64,000 nucleotides of DNA from NCBI GenBank assembly GCA_951406725.2, contig OX597814.1:80166001-80230000 (forward strand). The letters are read 5' to 3'. The notes under the pieces were generated by a model, which saw only the letters and a program-made list of their open reading frames with translations, was not told the origin of the DNA and did not search any database. The stretch is from Octopus vulgaris (Eukaryota). Positions 27,004 through 41,074 of this stretch are shown here, one piece after another. Position 1 is the first letter of the stretch. Each line of letters opens with the position of its first letter. A program made the translations under genes and the position numbers.

Positions 27004-28109
27004 TTAATTATCAATACTTAGTGTGCCTTTAATTAGTTTATTCTGCATCACAAAGATTTGTATAAGCCTGTAAATTTATTATTTTCTATTTGCATATATG
27101 AATGATAGCTCTTAGTGGTCTATGAACGAGTTATCTGTCGCTGATGGAGCGTAACAACGCAGAAACACTTGTCCTACATTCCGATGACGTCTTTCACAGT
27201 TCAGCTCTGTGTGTTTCACATACAGTATGTATAAGGAGAATTTCACTTCTGAGACATTTACTGCAGCGAAGATCATGACATAAACGTGTAAAGGCCCGCA
27301 AAGATGGCAGCCAAATCTATCTAAAATCACACCTTAATGTCTTATATAAAAAAAAAAGGGCATGCCATATAAAGCAGTACTATACAACGATATGCAGGGC
27401 TACATTAGCTGATATACGACTGATACAGTAGAAGAATCTTTGATTGTAGTTTTTTTTATCATAGGCCTAACAAATCGGTAAATCACAAGTGATACAAAAA
27501 GACTGAAGGAATAGACTCTATCGCCTTGGGTGTGGTTTATATAAACGTCTAGTAAACTATTTCAAGTGAGTGTGCATACGTATATATTTCAAGTGGGTGT
27601 GCATATGTATATATATATGAACACATACTCACACACACATGCACATTCATACATACACACATACGCACACATATTTCCGTGTGCGTGTGTATACATTGAT
27701 GTGCATACATATTTGTATGACGAATGTTGGTGTATATACTTACGTGTGTGGGTATACATATATATAATACATATGATATATTTGCATATATATGAATATA
27801 TAAATACATATATACAACTACATATACACGTATATGTATATATTTATTTATATACATACTAAATATATATACTTAACAAATATATACAAATCATAAGTAT
27901 ATGAGTGTGAGTATAAGTGTGTTTGTGTGTGAGTATAAGTGTGTGTGTGTAGGATTTATGTGCTGTACGTGTTTCCAAATACAACTTTGGCTTATCTATT
28001 TGTTTTTGTTTCGTTCTTTGTTTCGTTTTCTTCTTTTATCTATTTTTTGTTTTTGGTTTTCCTTTCTTTTTAAATTTTTGTCTTTTAAGTAAAAGTTGCC
28101 AAAATTCAT

Positions 28110-28700
28110 TAATTCAAGATTTGAATTGCTTTAAACTTCTGCTCAAAACCGATCGAATTTATTTCTCCGCTAAGAATATATTGCAACGTTGCAGTCCAAT
28201 AAGATTTCTCCATGATTGTGTGTCTGCACCGTCCAATAAGAACTCAAACATATTTTTGGCAGTCTTCCATGAAGGCCAAAATCACAATGTTTTGAATCAA
28301 CTAAAGAACCATGTTGTTTCATGCCGCAGTATAAATAAGTCTTTCATAGCAACACTATTTGGAAAATTGCTTTCAAGAAAACATTGATTATATATTTTCA
28401 CTAACTCGTAAATTATTTCAAACGATAAGAAATCTTGTTGTGACTCGAACAACTCAACGGGAAACAGCCATGCTTCGAAGATAGTCTAAGAGACGTTGTT
28501 CTCCTGTTGAAGGGTGAAGCGGGTGTTCTGAATGGATGGTAAAATTTTCTTAATTTTTCTTCGACGTGACAGTAGTGATAATCACATAGTTCTCGCAATA
28601 TGCTACGTGCAACGTAAGGGGCCACTACTAGAGTAATTTGACCATCACAAATTAGTTGCAAAGTTTTCCCAAATCCTAACTAACCTTATTAAGAAAAAAA
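28110..28700 (-). pseudogene. Possible ancient Tc1/mariner transposase remnant
   Basis: Faint motif order on the minus strand (..RSILREL.., ..CDF..W..AKNMF..). Very degenerate. Confidence 0.25.
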
Positions 28701-28984
28701 TAAAAGAAAAATTTAAAGAAAAAAGAGCGGAAGGTTACATTTGATACCGCAGTCCTAGATATACAGTGTTCGAAAAAAAATTGACATGCTGTACTGAATT
28801 TATCATTGTTCCCAATAGGTAGATATATTTTGTATTATATAATTCATACACTCTTATTGCTTCTCTAACACTGTATAACATGACTTTTGTCTTTAGGTAG
28901 CAACTATTATTTCCTATTTGCTTACCCCTGGAAATCACGAAAAATGGCTAAAAATCACGAAAAGTTCCTTCAAATTTTGCTTTT

Positions 28985-29350
28985 GTTACATTCATTCAAA
29001 CCCTAAAGAACCCCTCTCAACACATGCCTATGATGTTCCCTCTCTGCTCCTGCTCATGATTAGAGATGCACATATTGCCAGCCACTAAGGGACATGCTCA
29101 AGTAGTTACGGTCAAGCAACTTACAAGCAAATTTGTGACAGATTTGCTATAACTATATTTTTGTTTCAGCAAATCAGCACTGAATCTGTCTGAAATGTAA
29201 AGGAAAATAGTTCAGTTTTCAAAACTGACGTCCAGGTCACAAAAGCAAATTTCCGAAAGGAATAGTTGTCATATTCTTTAATTTCTAGACAGAAGCAAAT
29301 AAGAAATAACACTTAAAAATGAAAAATAAAAATGTTGTTACACGGTGTAA
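28985..29350 (-). mobile_element. Copy of the retroposon family seen at 1265-1590 and 11774-12192
   Basis: CCACTAAGGGACATGCTCAAGTAGTTACGGTCAAGCAAC is the reverse complement of the family core. Confidence 0.7.
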
Positions 29351-29975
29351 TCTAAAAACATTGTGAATGAGAGGCGACAACCATCTCAACCAACTATCAA
29401 ATTATTATATTTTGAAAATAGAATATAAAAATATAACAATTATTATATTTTGAAAAAAGTACATTACATTCATTCTTAATACGTTCCAGCAGATTCGAAC
29501 GTGAATATGCTACTCGCTGTTGTATTGTGTCTACAGAGAACTTCACTTTCACACAACGTGTGCTAAGAATACACTTGATTCATCGAAGTAAAGGAGCTTC
29601 GACACACCGCGATGTTTCAGCCTGGTTGTATCTCTTCAGTCGAAGATCAATGAATCTAAACAAGAACTTTTGCTCTTGTTTATAGAAGCCAACGAACAAA
29701 ATCATTGAACCGGATTGCCTTTCACTGAAGTGACACAAACACCGCACGGTTTCAAATTTCCATTGCCAACATGAATCGAGTGAATTGTAAACACAGATTA
29801 CTCGAAAGGAGAAATTGTTCGTCGAAGACTAACTATAACAGCGATTAACATATTCAAGTTCGAATCTGCCTGGGTGTTTTAAGGATGAATATGTACCTCA
29901 TTGTTTTTGATTTTCGCTGTTCTTCGTGCACATGATTCATAAAATAACAGAATTTAACATTAATCAAATAATGTT

Positions 29976-30033
<58 letters not shown>

Positions 30034-30064
30034 CGCATATGTGTGTAATTATTCTTGCATATAT

Positions 30065-30102
<38 letters not shown>

Positions 30103-30489
30103 ATTTGAAATTAAATATAAACATACTAATCAATGCTAATAATACTTGTCGTTTGTTTGGTCACGCTAAAAAATGTCACGCTATCACATATAGAATTAAT
30201 CAATATATTACATCGGTAAATAATTGGTAACATATTTATTACAAATTCGCAAATAATAAGTTTCTTTTATTTGATTTGATTTTACTTTAATACGTAGTTT
30301 TTATAATGAAAATTATTATTCATTTAATTATTTTGTTCAATCAACATGAAATTTGAAGAAAAAATGTAATATTATAATTATTGGTTTCATAGCGCGCTAA
30401 TATGGTCTAACACAAGCCCCACCTCATATAAAATTAGCAACTAACTATCAAAATCAATAAGCTTTTTTAGATTACAAATAATAATTTCA

Positions 30490-30695
30490 ATATTGGTCTC
30501 AAATTTTAGTACAAGGCCAGCAATTTCGGGGAAGGGGGTAAATCGATTACATTGACCTCTGTGTTCAACTGGTATTTATTTTACCAACCCTGAATAGATG
30601 AAAGGTAAAATCGACCTCGGCGGAATTTGAACGTGAAGACGGACGAAATGCCGCTAAGCATTTTGCTCCGCGTGCGTTCAACTAGCTCGCGACCT
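30490..30695 (-). mobile_element. SINE family A
   Basis: TCGACCTCGGCGGAATTTGAAC..GACGAAATGCCGCTAAGCATTT. Confidence 0.75.
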
Positions 30696-31537
30696 TAAAT
30701 AAAATAATAATAATCAAACCTGTTATCCGTTTTACGATATATATTTCTTATTAGTAAGTAAAAACCCTTTTCATTACTGCGTCTGATGCATTTAGAGGTA
30801 CGATGAACGCCACAAAATCTGATTTTCTTCTACCTTAAATTTGCGATCTCATATTTGAATAAGAAACTCGGAACCGAGGAATTTTTTGTGTGGCCGTGCA
30901 ACCTACTTCAACTGGCAGCCCAAATGTCACTCATGTTACACATTTCTGCTTTAGCTTAAGGAAAATTACATTAGATAATAATGTTCTTCTCCCTTGTATG
31001 ACTACATCCATATGTCTGAAACCAGTGAAATGTCAAAGAATGCTCTTAAAAAGGGATGGTCTGCTCGTTAGGGGTTGACTTTTGGCTAAAGCACAATAAG
31101 ACGTTTGCCTTAGTCATATCTTTTCCCGCTCACCATGGACATTGAGTGATGACGTTTCTGTAGCAATTTGAATACTAAAGTCAAAATGGCCAGTCTTGAA
31201 CTCCACCTCTCCCTTTCTCAGCACAAGTATGGGACCAGTTATGATTGATACCAAACTAAAACAGAAGAAATGGATCCGTAACTCTGGGTTGAGGTCCATT
31301 CTAGGTACAGTCAGCCGGAACTAGTTGAGCTTTGGGTTCGTGTCAGGTTAGAGAGCCACTGCCTGTAGTAATGACTTAGATAACTACTCTAACAAGAACA
31401 ACAACCAATAATTATGAACGATCAGAATGCCGTCATTCATGTGGGGAGCAAAATAGAAGTAGTGGAACATATTATGAAAAATATCTTGCTATATTTACCT
31501 TGTTTTTAACAATTATAATTTTACATTCAAGTGTCAA

Positions 31538-32335
31538 GCTAGCAGAATCGTTGACACGCCGGACAAATGCTTAGCAGCATTTCTTCCAACTTTACTTTCT
31601 GTGTTCAAATACAACTGGGGTCGACTTTCCTTTCATCCTTTCGGGCTCGATAAAATAAGGACCAGTTGAGTACTGGGTCAATGTAAACGACTTATTCCCT
31701 CCCCTGAAATTGCTGACCTTGCGTCAAAATTTAAAACCATTATTGAAATCATTATTAGTTAGATAACAAGGCTTATTGGTTTCGACAGTTAGGAGCTAAA
31801 TTTAGATGAAGAGCTAAAGAAACCTTGCATTAGCTAGGAACAGACCATATAAGCGCGCTATAGTAGCTCTGCAATTTTGCGAAACAGGCAAACTTAAATG
31901 TAGTTGAACGCAGTAATAATCCTTTCTACTATGGCACAGGGCTTGACATTTGGGGGGAAGGGGATAGTCGATTTCATCAACCCCAGTGTTTCCCTGGTAC
32001 ATAATTTATCGATCCCGACAGGATAAAAGACAAAGTGGACCTCGGCGGAATTTGAACTCAGAGTGTAACGACGGACGAAATACCGCTTGGAATTTCTTCC
32101 AGCGTGCTAACGATTCTTATTTCTTTATTGTCCACAAGGGGACAAACAAGGACAGACAAAGGGATTAAGTCGATTACATCGACCCCAGAGCGTAACTGGT
32201 ACTGAATTTACCTACCCCGAAAGGATGAAAGGCAAAGTCGACCCCGGCGGAATTTGAACTCAGAACGAAATGGCAGACGAAATGCCACTAAGCATTTTGC
32301 TCGGCGTGCTAACGATTCTGCCAGCTCACCGCCTT
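31538..32335. mobile_element. SINE family A copies (31538-31745 on +, multimeric 31915-32335 on -)
   Basis: Family motifs in both orientations. Confidence 0.75.
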
Positions 32336-32722
32336 TGAACGTGGTAATAATTTGTAAAAAGCAACCATTTTTTTATATATATAAAGTTAATCAATTCTGC
32401 TTCCCATGATGTATACTATTTAAATTATTATATATTGTAACAATATCGAGTTCTAACATTAGAACATGGAGTCACATTTTGCAATAAGAAAAAGACGAAT
32501 ACGTAGACCATAGTACTTATATGGTGCTTACAGATTTAGAAAGAAGAGGAAAAGCTAGGCAGTCTCGTCAGGAATTGAACTTATAACGTAAAGAGTGCAT
32601 GTTAATGCTAAAAAGTCCCACCGATTCAACCAACCAACACCACCTTTGTATAATTTTGTAATAAAATTAATATTTGATATATATGTATATATATGTGTGC
32701 GTGTGTGTGTGTGCGTGTGAAT

Positions 32723-33245
32723 GCATATGACTCAGTGGTTAGCGCGTCGGAGTTGCAATCATGAGGTAGCGAATTCGATTCCTGGACCGGTCTGCGCGTT
32801 GTGCCCTTGAGCAAGACACTTTTTCACGTTGCTCCAGTTCACTCAGCGGTTGAAATGAGTTGCGACGTCACTGATGCCAAGCTGTATCGGCCTTTAACTT
32901 TCCCTTGGATAACATCGGTAGCATGAAGAAGGGAGGCTAATATGTCTAGACCAATGGTTTTCAACCAGGGTTCCGCGGAACTTTAGGGTTCCGCCAGTAC
33001 AGTCCAGGGGTTCCGCAAGAAGTTACAAAACTGCTAAAATCGGCAGTAATTTTTAATTCTCCTGTGCAGATATGTATGCATAAGACTATTAAATTATTGC
33101 ACAGGGGTTCCTCGAGCCAGTGGAATGTTTCCTTGGGGTTCCGCTCCAGCAAAAAGTTTGAAAAGCACTGGTCTAGACGAATGCTGTTCTTCCATAAACA
33201 ACCTTGCCCAGATTTGTGCCTTGGAGGGGAACTTTCTAGGTGATA
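32723..33245 (+). mobile_element. tRNA-derived SINE interrupted by a hAT MITE
   Basis: TGACTCAGTGGTTAGCGCG (A box), GAATTCGATTCC (B box), then GTTGTGCCCTTGAGCAAGACACTT. The SINE appears to continue after the MITE. Confidence 0.7.
32952..33170. mobile_element. hAT (Charlie-type) MITE, 219 bp
   Basis: Termini CAATGGTTTTCAACC / GTTTGAAAAGCACTG. Perfect 8-bp TSD GTCTAGAC at 32944-32951 and 33171-33178. Repeated GGGTTCCGC subterminal motifs. Confidence 0.9.
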
Positions 33246-36200
33246 TAAGAATATTTGTGGTATTTGCAGGAGTGAACTAAATATAAAACGAAGTTGATAC
33301 TGTAGTTATTTGATAACAGAAATCTCAGGATTAAATTAAATACAGTATGAGCGAATGAAAAAACCAAAAAAAACATGTATTATCGTCCAACCTGCTAGTA
33401 ATAACGCCCAAGTTTTCCTCAAACTAATTTGTCTTCAAGGGATTATTGCATTAATATAATCTTAGATACATAATGAGATAGCCAAGGCTGAGGAGATTTT
33501 GATCATGTGATCCGCTCAATCAGAGTTCAGCTGAGTTAAACAACAAGGAAAGGAAAAGACGGTTATAGCCGTTGCGATGTACTTTCAGAATAGCATAGTT
33601 CTAATCCAGTCAAACCCAACTTTGGCTTCCATCTTTTCGAGGTTGACAAAATATAAAACTGATCCAGATAAATCGGCGGAGCAAATATCACAAAATGTCA
33701 TTTGTTTTTGCTCTTTGTATTCCGAGTTCTTGAGAGTAAACTATCAGTCGCTCGGTTTATGACCACCACATTTTTCTTGGATGTCTTTAGCAGAGTTCAC
33801 TTTATTACAAGCATTCAGATTAGGTCTTTGGTTGGAGGACAAGTTCGTCCCTTCCTCCCAGTAGTTTCGAAGACTAGATAAAGACTCTTCGCTTAATAAA
33901 AATCTATAACAATAGTTTTTTTTAAATCTATAACAACACCTAAATATAGTGGTCTTTAACGGTGGTCTGGTGCTCTGTTATCTGAGTCATAAATAGAATA
34001 TATTAGTAATATTGTATTTGTACGTCTATTGTTATGGTTGAGACTTTACATAAAATATATCTTTGGTTCCTAAACGTAAAAGTTAAACATAACTGCTTGA
34101 TACTATGAAATATTTTAGTACAAATTTATACAAAATGGAGCAAATATAAATGACTTAGAACTTTTAATTCTATGAGGAAGTACTTTAATTATGGTGTCAT
34201 AAAGTACTATAATGTTGAAAATATCCAAAGGGTTAAGTTTTTCTTCTCCATTGATTACATTTTCCATAAATCATTTATAAACCAGTTACCACAACTTGAA
34301 TCGTGCCTTATTTCTCAACTGATGATGCCTTTGAACACATTTTAAGAGATTGGGTATAAATGACTAAAGCAATAAAACTGTCTTCACCATACTGCTAATT
34401 TTTTCTCGGGAAAGCAAGTTTAGATGATATATCCAGTAAGTACAAGGGAAAAAAGTTTGTTTACAAAAAAAAAAGTTTTCTCAAGAAGATTGAATTACAC
34501 GAATCACATTCCCGTTGAATTATGAACAAACAAAGGAGTTTATACGCTTACTCGACCTGACAGAAATAACGGCTAAATTTCCTTCACATTACATCCTACT
34601 TTTTTATAGTCCGAGCTGTAATATTCCCGAAAAAGAAAATTGGGGTAATCATAATCTGGACTGCTTTGATGGGCAAACAATATCAACCGGTTAAATGTCA
34701 TTGGTCAAAAGATAGCTAATTGCAAATATGAAGCTATATAGTTCACATACGCTATTCCTTTATTCTATATTTCATTCTCGTGTTTTATTAATAGTTGCAA
34801 AATATTTGCTCCAAAGCGCTGTAAAAGGCTAAAAATTGCAGGCTGGTCAACGCAGATTCAGCTAACTAATTTCAAGACAGTTTTAAAGAATATTACAAAC
34901 ACTTGAACATTATCGACCGATTAGACTCAAAACTTCGATTCTCTGCTTAAAGAAAATTTGCCAAAGTAAAAGTGAAACAAATTTGAAGGCAAAATATTCT
35001 TTATAGAACAACTAGCTTGGAGTGGTTCTTTAAGTAACATGTTACTTAAGTTCTCAAAAAACTTGGGTTTGATTGCAGCAGTTGATTTATTATTCATAGA
35101 AGAATAAGCCTAATTTTCTTTGCGGAAATCGTTTCAGACATTGGAAGAGACGGGAACATTTCTGATATATTACTCTTTGAGCTAAGTGGAGACAGGACCG
35201 TGAGCAGATTAGAAAACTTTTGAGTAATTGTTGATGACGTATTCTGTATTTACTGTCACCTATAAATTAGATTGTTCTATTTTCTTTCCATCAACTTTTA
35301 AAAGTGATCAACATATTTATGTAAAAAGAGGCTTCGTAATTTATGAAAGTGCAGTCAAATAAAATCGATTCGTATCTGAAAGAAAAAAACAAAAGTAAGT
35401 CACCCGTTTTGTAGATTCATAAAATCATATATAATTCTCACAATGATTTTAAGCAATTCTACAGTTGTGAGAAAGTCCAACTTAATTTTTGTTTTGTATT
35501 TCCTTTGAAAATTGTTTCTGCTGACTGGTACATAAGCAACCGCTGAGAAATACTTTTAAGATTTACATCACCCTTACATCATGTCCAAATAAATATAATC
35601 GGTTGTTTTTAGTTTCCCCTCAACTTGTATAATCTTCTTGCAGTGCTTGTTTTCCCTTATGGGATGGTTGTAAATAGCGGTTGTCAAACATCTTACTTAG
35701 GATTTCAGGAATATTGTGCTAACCAATCTTCTCTTTAACAATTAAATTTCACTGATCTTATGAATTTTCACTTCAGTCACAACAAAACATCAGAACAATT
35801 TGCAGTGTTTTAAAATTTATCATTAATATCTGCCTACACAAGTAGTATTGAAGATCTCTCTGTAAATTATATATTATTTACCATTGTTTGTTTTAAAAAG
35901 AAACTTACTTGGATTTGGCGCAAAAGAGATTAAAATCCATTGACCCGTTTGGCAAATCCACAACATTGACCTAAAATATTTATGAGCAGTCGAATTGGCA
36001 CAGAATAGAAAGATACGAAATAAATATTTCATGAAATCTAAATTCTGCAGCGGCCAGGTCATTTTATCGATTCCAGGGAGATTAAAACCCGATAATATAT
36101 TGGTTTCAAATTTTGACTCAAGGCCAGCAATTCCGGGGGGGGGTGGGGGGCTAAGTCGATTAGATCAGCCCCAGTGTCAAGTTTCGTAATTTACTTAACA

Positions 36201-36736
36201 CAGGTATAGGAACAAGGATCAAATAGCCGTACACTGCGAATTTCTATCTCACCGTAGGGGAAGCACAACCAACAAGCAGAAAGTATGTGAAGTGACAACA
36301 TCAACCGTAATTCTTTAGTGATAGAACCAATTGTTGATTCTTTATTACCCACAAGGAGCCAACACAGAGGGACAATACAAGGACAGGACAAGTGGGAAAA
36401 AAATAAACGAATGAAACAAGATAGATGGAAAAAAATAGATAGATGAAATGACAGCCACTCGAACCCCACACTTCCAGTGACCTCATTGAAACTTTCACAC
36501 GACTCAGAGTATGGAAGTTTGACCCAGTTTTGTAGAGACCTAAACTACCAAAACTCAGTAAAATCGTGCTATAGCTGCAATATTATATATTTTGTGTCGC
36601 ATATTTATAAATTCTCGAAAATACTTTATTTTCTCGAAAATGCCAATTTTTCGAAAAGTTACAATGTTTTCTTTAAATCTCTAAGGTATTTCACCTGTTT
36701 TCCTATATTTAACCTTTAAAGAAGATATTTTGTTCT

Positions 36737-39700
36737 TTATCTTTGCCTCAGTCGGATACGTGAATATATCGTCGTGTGGAGAATGTCTTTGTTGGAACAA
36801 TTCCCATACCCTGCATGGTGTAATATTAGGATCTTCCTGAAATATTTCCAGCACTGTTGACTTGAATGGCTCATGAATTCAACGGCTACGAATACGATGT
36901 TCATTGTCCCTTTTCTTTTCTTTGCCATCAAGGATGAAATAACAGTTCGAATTTCTGTTTCCGATGGTAAATCCAAACGCCCAGGATGTTTACGTTTAAG
37001 TTCCACTAACATTTTACCTGGACCTCGTTTCATAGCTTTGTTTTCATTACTCAAATTAAACATTTTTTATTTAAATGGATCCACATACTTTCGACCATAC
37101 TCATCACCGCGCTTTCTTGTCCTTGCCCATCCTGTTTCAAATTCACAACACTCATTATTATGCTGGATTGCTACATGAATAGGATCAAACATGTTCTTCA
37201 ACATTTGAACTAGTATTAATCACCTCAAATTGATGCTGTTCATATATATCTTTAGCGTAAACAATAGCTTGACTGATTAAATCGTGTTGTCCTAAGGCTG
37301 CCTTGCAATTATGGATTTCCATTTTGTAGGCAGTTGCAAATTCCCTACGACATAAATTACATTGAATAGGATTTTCATCGTCTGATTCCATATCCAAATC
37401 ATTAATATTTGATGCTACAGCAAGTCCAATACGATGCTTCTCTGGGATATTCCCCTCAACGCCATAAACAATACATTTTGTTAAGCTGCCTCTACCTTTC
37501 TCTACAACACCTATATCTTCATCAGAGTTTTTTTCAAATATTTCATTTTCACTGGAAGCACAATCTTCTTCATCAGATTCGCTTTCACAGTTTCCTTCAT
37601 TTACGTTGTTCGTAGTGCCATTGATAAGGTTATATGTTGCTGTCTATGGTAAGTTCGAATTTTCATAAACTGCAGCGGAATTCCTTGTCGAATCAAACTG
37701 TACTTCCATATGATCACCTATCTTTTGTAATTTTCCAATTATCTCCAAGTTTTCCTGTTCAAACTGTTCAAAAGTAGGCCTATTAACACCAACCAATTCT
37801 GCCACTGTATTACTTACACCACCATTAGCATTTAAAGCATCAACTAATTCAACAGAAGTTATAACTTTAAACCCATATTACAATGCATATACACATGCCT
37901 CATAGCTGTAGCAAAATGAGCATCGATACTGCCTTTACCATCTTGTACACCAGTGTGTACAAAAGTACAAAGTTTAAGGTTGAATCTATCTGCAATTTTA
38001 TATAATGTAAACAATAAGTTTCCCTCACATCTTGCGTTGTCAGATTATACATAAAGATTTCGAATGTATGGAAATTTGGTTCGATATTTGTCTATATACT
38101 GCGTCAAAATAGGACATAACAGCCACATAGTCTTGCTTACTATCTCCGGTAGAAATGTGATCGAAGTAAGTGAAACGATAATCCTTTAAATTTTCACTAT
38201 TACGCCGTTCTTCATCGGTGTATCTTGTATACATCATGGTTCCATGCCACGATGACCCTTTCTTACCGTAAAAATCAGTAGTTTTTTCCCTACTGCATAT
38301 AGCTTCAAATTTCATTTTGAAATCCATGACAACCATAGCATCTTCTAAACCTAAATTGAACATTATTTCATCAATCCTATTTCAATTGATTAAGTACTCT
38401 CACACGATGGCCAAATAAAAGATATAATTTTTCCATAGCATGATTAAATAGAATTTCATGTTCTGGGCTCACATGCCGTTTAATGTATGGTATTACATGC
38501 TTGGGAAAGCAACAAACACCACATTGTTTCATTTCCGCTCCAGAGCTGGATAAAGAAAACTCTTTATCCGTGACACTACATGTAGAAATGTGTCCCTCAA
38601 AAGTTGTCTTAATGTAAGCTTCTAAACCATTAACAATAGCATTCAAAGATTCTGATTCGGCACTAGTAGCAACAACAGTCTTCAAACGTGCAAAATTATC
38701 ATACATTAATACTCCCGACACATAATCGACCGCTTGTTTAATTGTTTGATCCTTAGTAGTTAACGTTTTGACTATCTTCCGGAATGATGTCGATCCCAAT
38801 TGTTTATTTTGAGGTATGGTTTCTTTGTAATCACGTAGCATTATAGTTATATTCTTTTTCCTAATCAGCTTGGGGAGATTTATTTCTTCGCCATTAATCG
38901 TAAATGTTTTGGTACCCCATCAGATTTAGCATACATTAGCATCCGGCAAAACAAACTCCACTGCAGCTTTCATTTGATCACGATCGTATCGTATAATTGA
39001 TCTATTGGAGGGTGTAAGCTGCTTTCAACTTTCCATATGTTTATATTTTCGTCTTAATGAAGCTACTTTCTTCATACCAATACCAAAACGATCTTTCAAA
39101 ACACTTGAAACGAAGGATACCGCTAATGGAGCTGTAACAGCATTAGTTTGTACATTTCTCGGCAATGCATCTCGTACTTTAATGATATTTTCCGCTAATT
39201 TGCCTCCATCGACGACACCTTCTCATTCGTTTTTAACAACCTCTTTCATAAGGCCTTTGGCATCATGTGAACTAATGATAGAGCATACCTTTTTCATTAT
39301 GGAACTGGTGAGTTTCACTGGTCGCTTTTTAACTGCTTCGTCAAAGTCTTCCATTCGGGTACTTTCCCGTTTAGCTTTTCCCGGTAATGACGATACTGAT
39401 ATTAAACTAAATGCTTTATAGAATGTCCCTACTGTTGAAACAATTTATGAAGGATCACTAATTTCTGGTTCAGAATCCTCTTGTCCCGTATACACACTAC
39501 GTTTTCTTGTATTTATATTTGTTTTCCGTGTGCCGACAACTCCCATAAGTCGTATTCTTTTTGTGGCACGTGAGTTTACATTTTCGTTGCGTTTATTATC
39601 TCCATGACATGTACATCCACATCTGTACCATCCTTCGCAACTAATACATCTACCGTTTTTGCAAGTACATTGATAATTCTGACATAACTGCTGATTGGGT

Positions 39701-39850
39701 GAAGCAAACTCAAAATCTGGACTACCTGTGTGCATTTTTTTTATATATTAATTTTAACCAATCTAATTGCCCTGTTTCTTATTCAGTTTGTGACAATTCA
39801 GTATTTTAAAGTTCTACAAAAAGTCAATACACTAACCCGTGAAGCGACTC
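36737..39850 (-). mobile_element. Degenerate DNA transposon with a ~1000-codon DDD-type transposase pseudogene, Sola3-like
   Basis: Colinear minus-strand ORF pieces: Cys-rich N-terminus (39445-39735), VVMDFKMKF..REK..DFYGKKGSSWHG, SDNARC, QDGKGSIDAHFA, a C2H2-like CNLCRREF..H, and a GWAR..GPGKML..LPSETEIRTVISSL C-terminus. The right end reads GAAGCGACTC|TTAA (GAG terminus next to TTAA). Family assignment is from memory of motifs, not a search. Confidence 0.65.
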
Positions 39851-40149
39851 TTAAACTTTATTTACGCAGTCAATGAATATTTTAAAGTCTCTGAAACAAT
39901 TTTAACATCATTAGCGCTTCCATTTTATCGTTTCTGGATATACAGCTCGGGAACTTCCCGTAGCGGGCAATCCGTTGATATCGACTTCTCTTCCCGTACT
40001 GACGACATTCCTCCCGAAACTCTCTTCCGGCCTATCAAAGTTTTCCCTTGGCATGAGTGAACATTTCGCATGAGAGGGCACCTCCTCACAACCCGAAGTG
40101 TCTACTTTTACCAAAGTGTTCAAATTTTCTCGCTGTTTCGCTAACGTCA

Positions 40150-40935
40150 TTATACAACATCATAAAGTACTTTTCTCGGGGTCATGTGGGGGATTTTTGT
40201 GGTTCCTGTGTGTCTGCAAGGCTGATGTTCATATCTGGTGGTATAGGGTGAGGGCTGGTGTCTGCAAGGAGAGAGGATATGGTAGGGATCTGGTTGGGGT
40301 GGGGTGGGGGTTAACATCAACAGTTTGTGTCCTTCTTTTTCTCCTTTTTTCCGGCCGCTTCATACTCATCCATAGTTTTATCCTGTGCTTTGTCTTCCTT
40401 TTCTTCCTTATTGATGAATTCTCCCTCACGCCCGCAGCATTTGTTATTACAGGAGGTGTTGATGCAGTTTATTTTCCAATTGATAGTGTCACTGGTGCCT
40501 TTACGGGAGGTGGATGGCATTCCGCCCTTATGTGGTCTTTTGGCCACACTTGTAGCAACGGGACTTCCTGCCCTCCACCATAACCCTAAGTATCACATTT
40601 TCACCCACTGTTATGGTGTCTACTATCTTCTACAGGTTCCCCAGGGCGGCCTACATAACCACCTCCAGGTGCTGTCCTTTCCAATTTATTTGTGCTGTTC
40701 TAGTTGCTTGGAGGACCACAATCTTTTCCTCAAGACCTAGCAGTATTGCTGCCACTAGCCAGGCCACATCCGCCTCCGGAGGGATTTCTTCCACTCTTAC
40801 TCTGAAAGCACGTCTTCCAAGGTAAATGGGCAGAAGTACCACCTCGTCAGTCTTCAGGGAGGTTACTGAATGCTGCCTGGATATTGCCTCGGTAAGAAAC
40901 AGCACCTCCACTGTCGCGAACTTCCTCCCTTTGGC
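40150..40935 (-). pseudogene. Gag-like LINE ORF1 remnant with a CCHC zinc knuckle
   Basis: Minus strand: LLPIYLGRRAFRVRVEEIPPE..WLVAAI and LRVMVEGRKSRCYKCGQK/DHIRAEC (C-x2-C-x4-H-x4-C across a frameshift), followed by a K/E-rich low-complexity tract. Confidence 0.65.
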
Positions 40936-41074
40936 ACCTTCGTTTTGGGATCACCACTACTTTATCTCCCCTTCTTCCTAGCTCTCCTGTGTGACCCTCT
41001 GTCCGGTATTCTTCATGATAGATCGCTAGCCACTAAATCTATTTTATTTTCCCTCCCTGTTTATTTCTATGTTC

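Noticed and set aside
31080-31380. Higher-complexity segment as a possible host exon (similarly 57560-57760 and 58160-58570)
   Set aside because: No recognisable protein motif or convincing splice-bounded frame.
32723-32800. tRNA gene
   Set aside because: The A/B boxes continue into a SINE body with dispersed homologues, and there is no proper cloverleaf or acceptor stem.
35030-35049. 20-bp palindrome TTAAGTAACATGTTACTTAA
   Set aside because: Short, AT-rich and without supporting context.
39005-39421. 138-aa plus-strand ORF, and antisense ORFs within the PLE (e.g. 49735-50274, 52434-52706)
   Set aside because: Shadows of coding sequence on the opposite strand.
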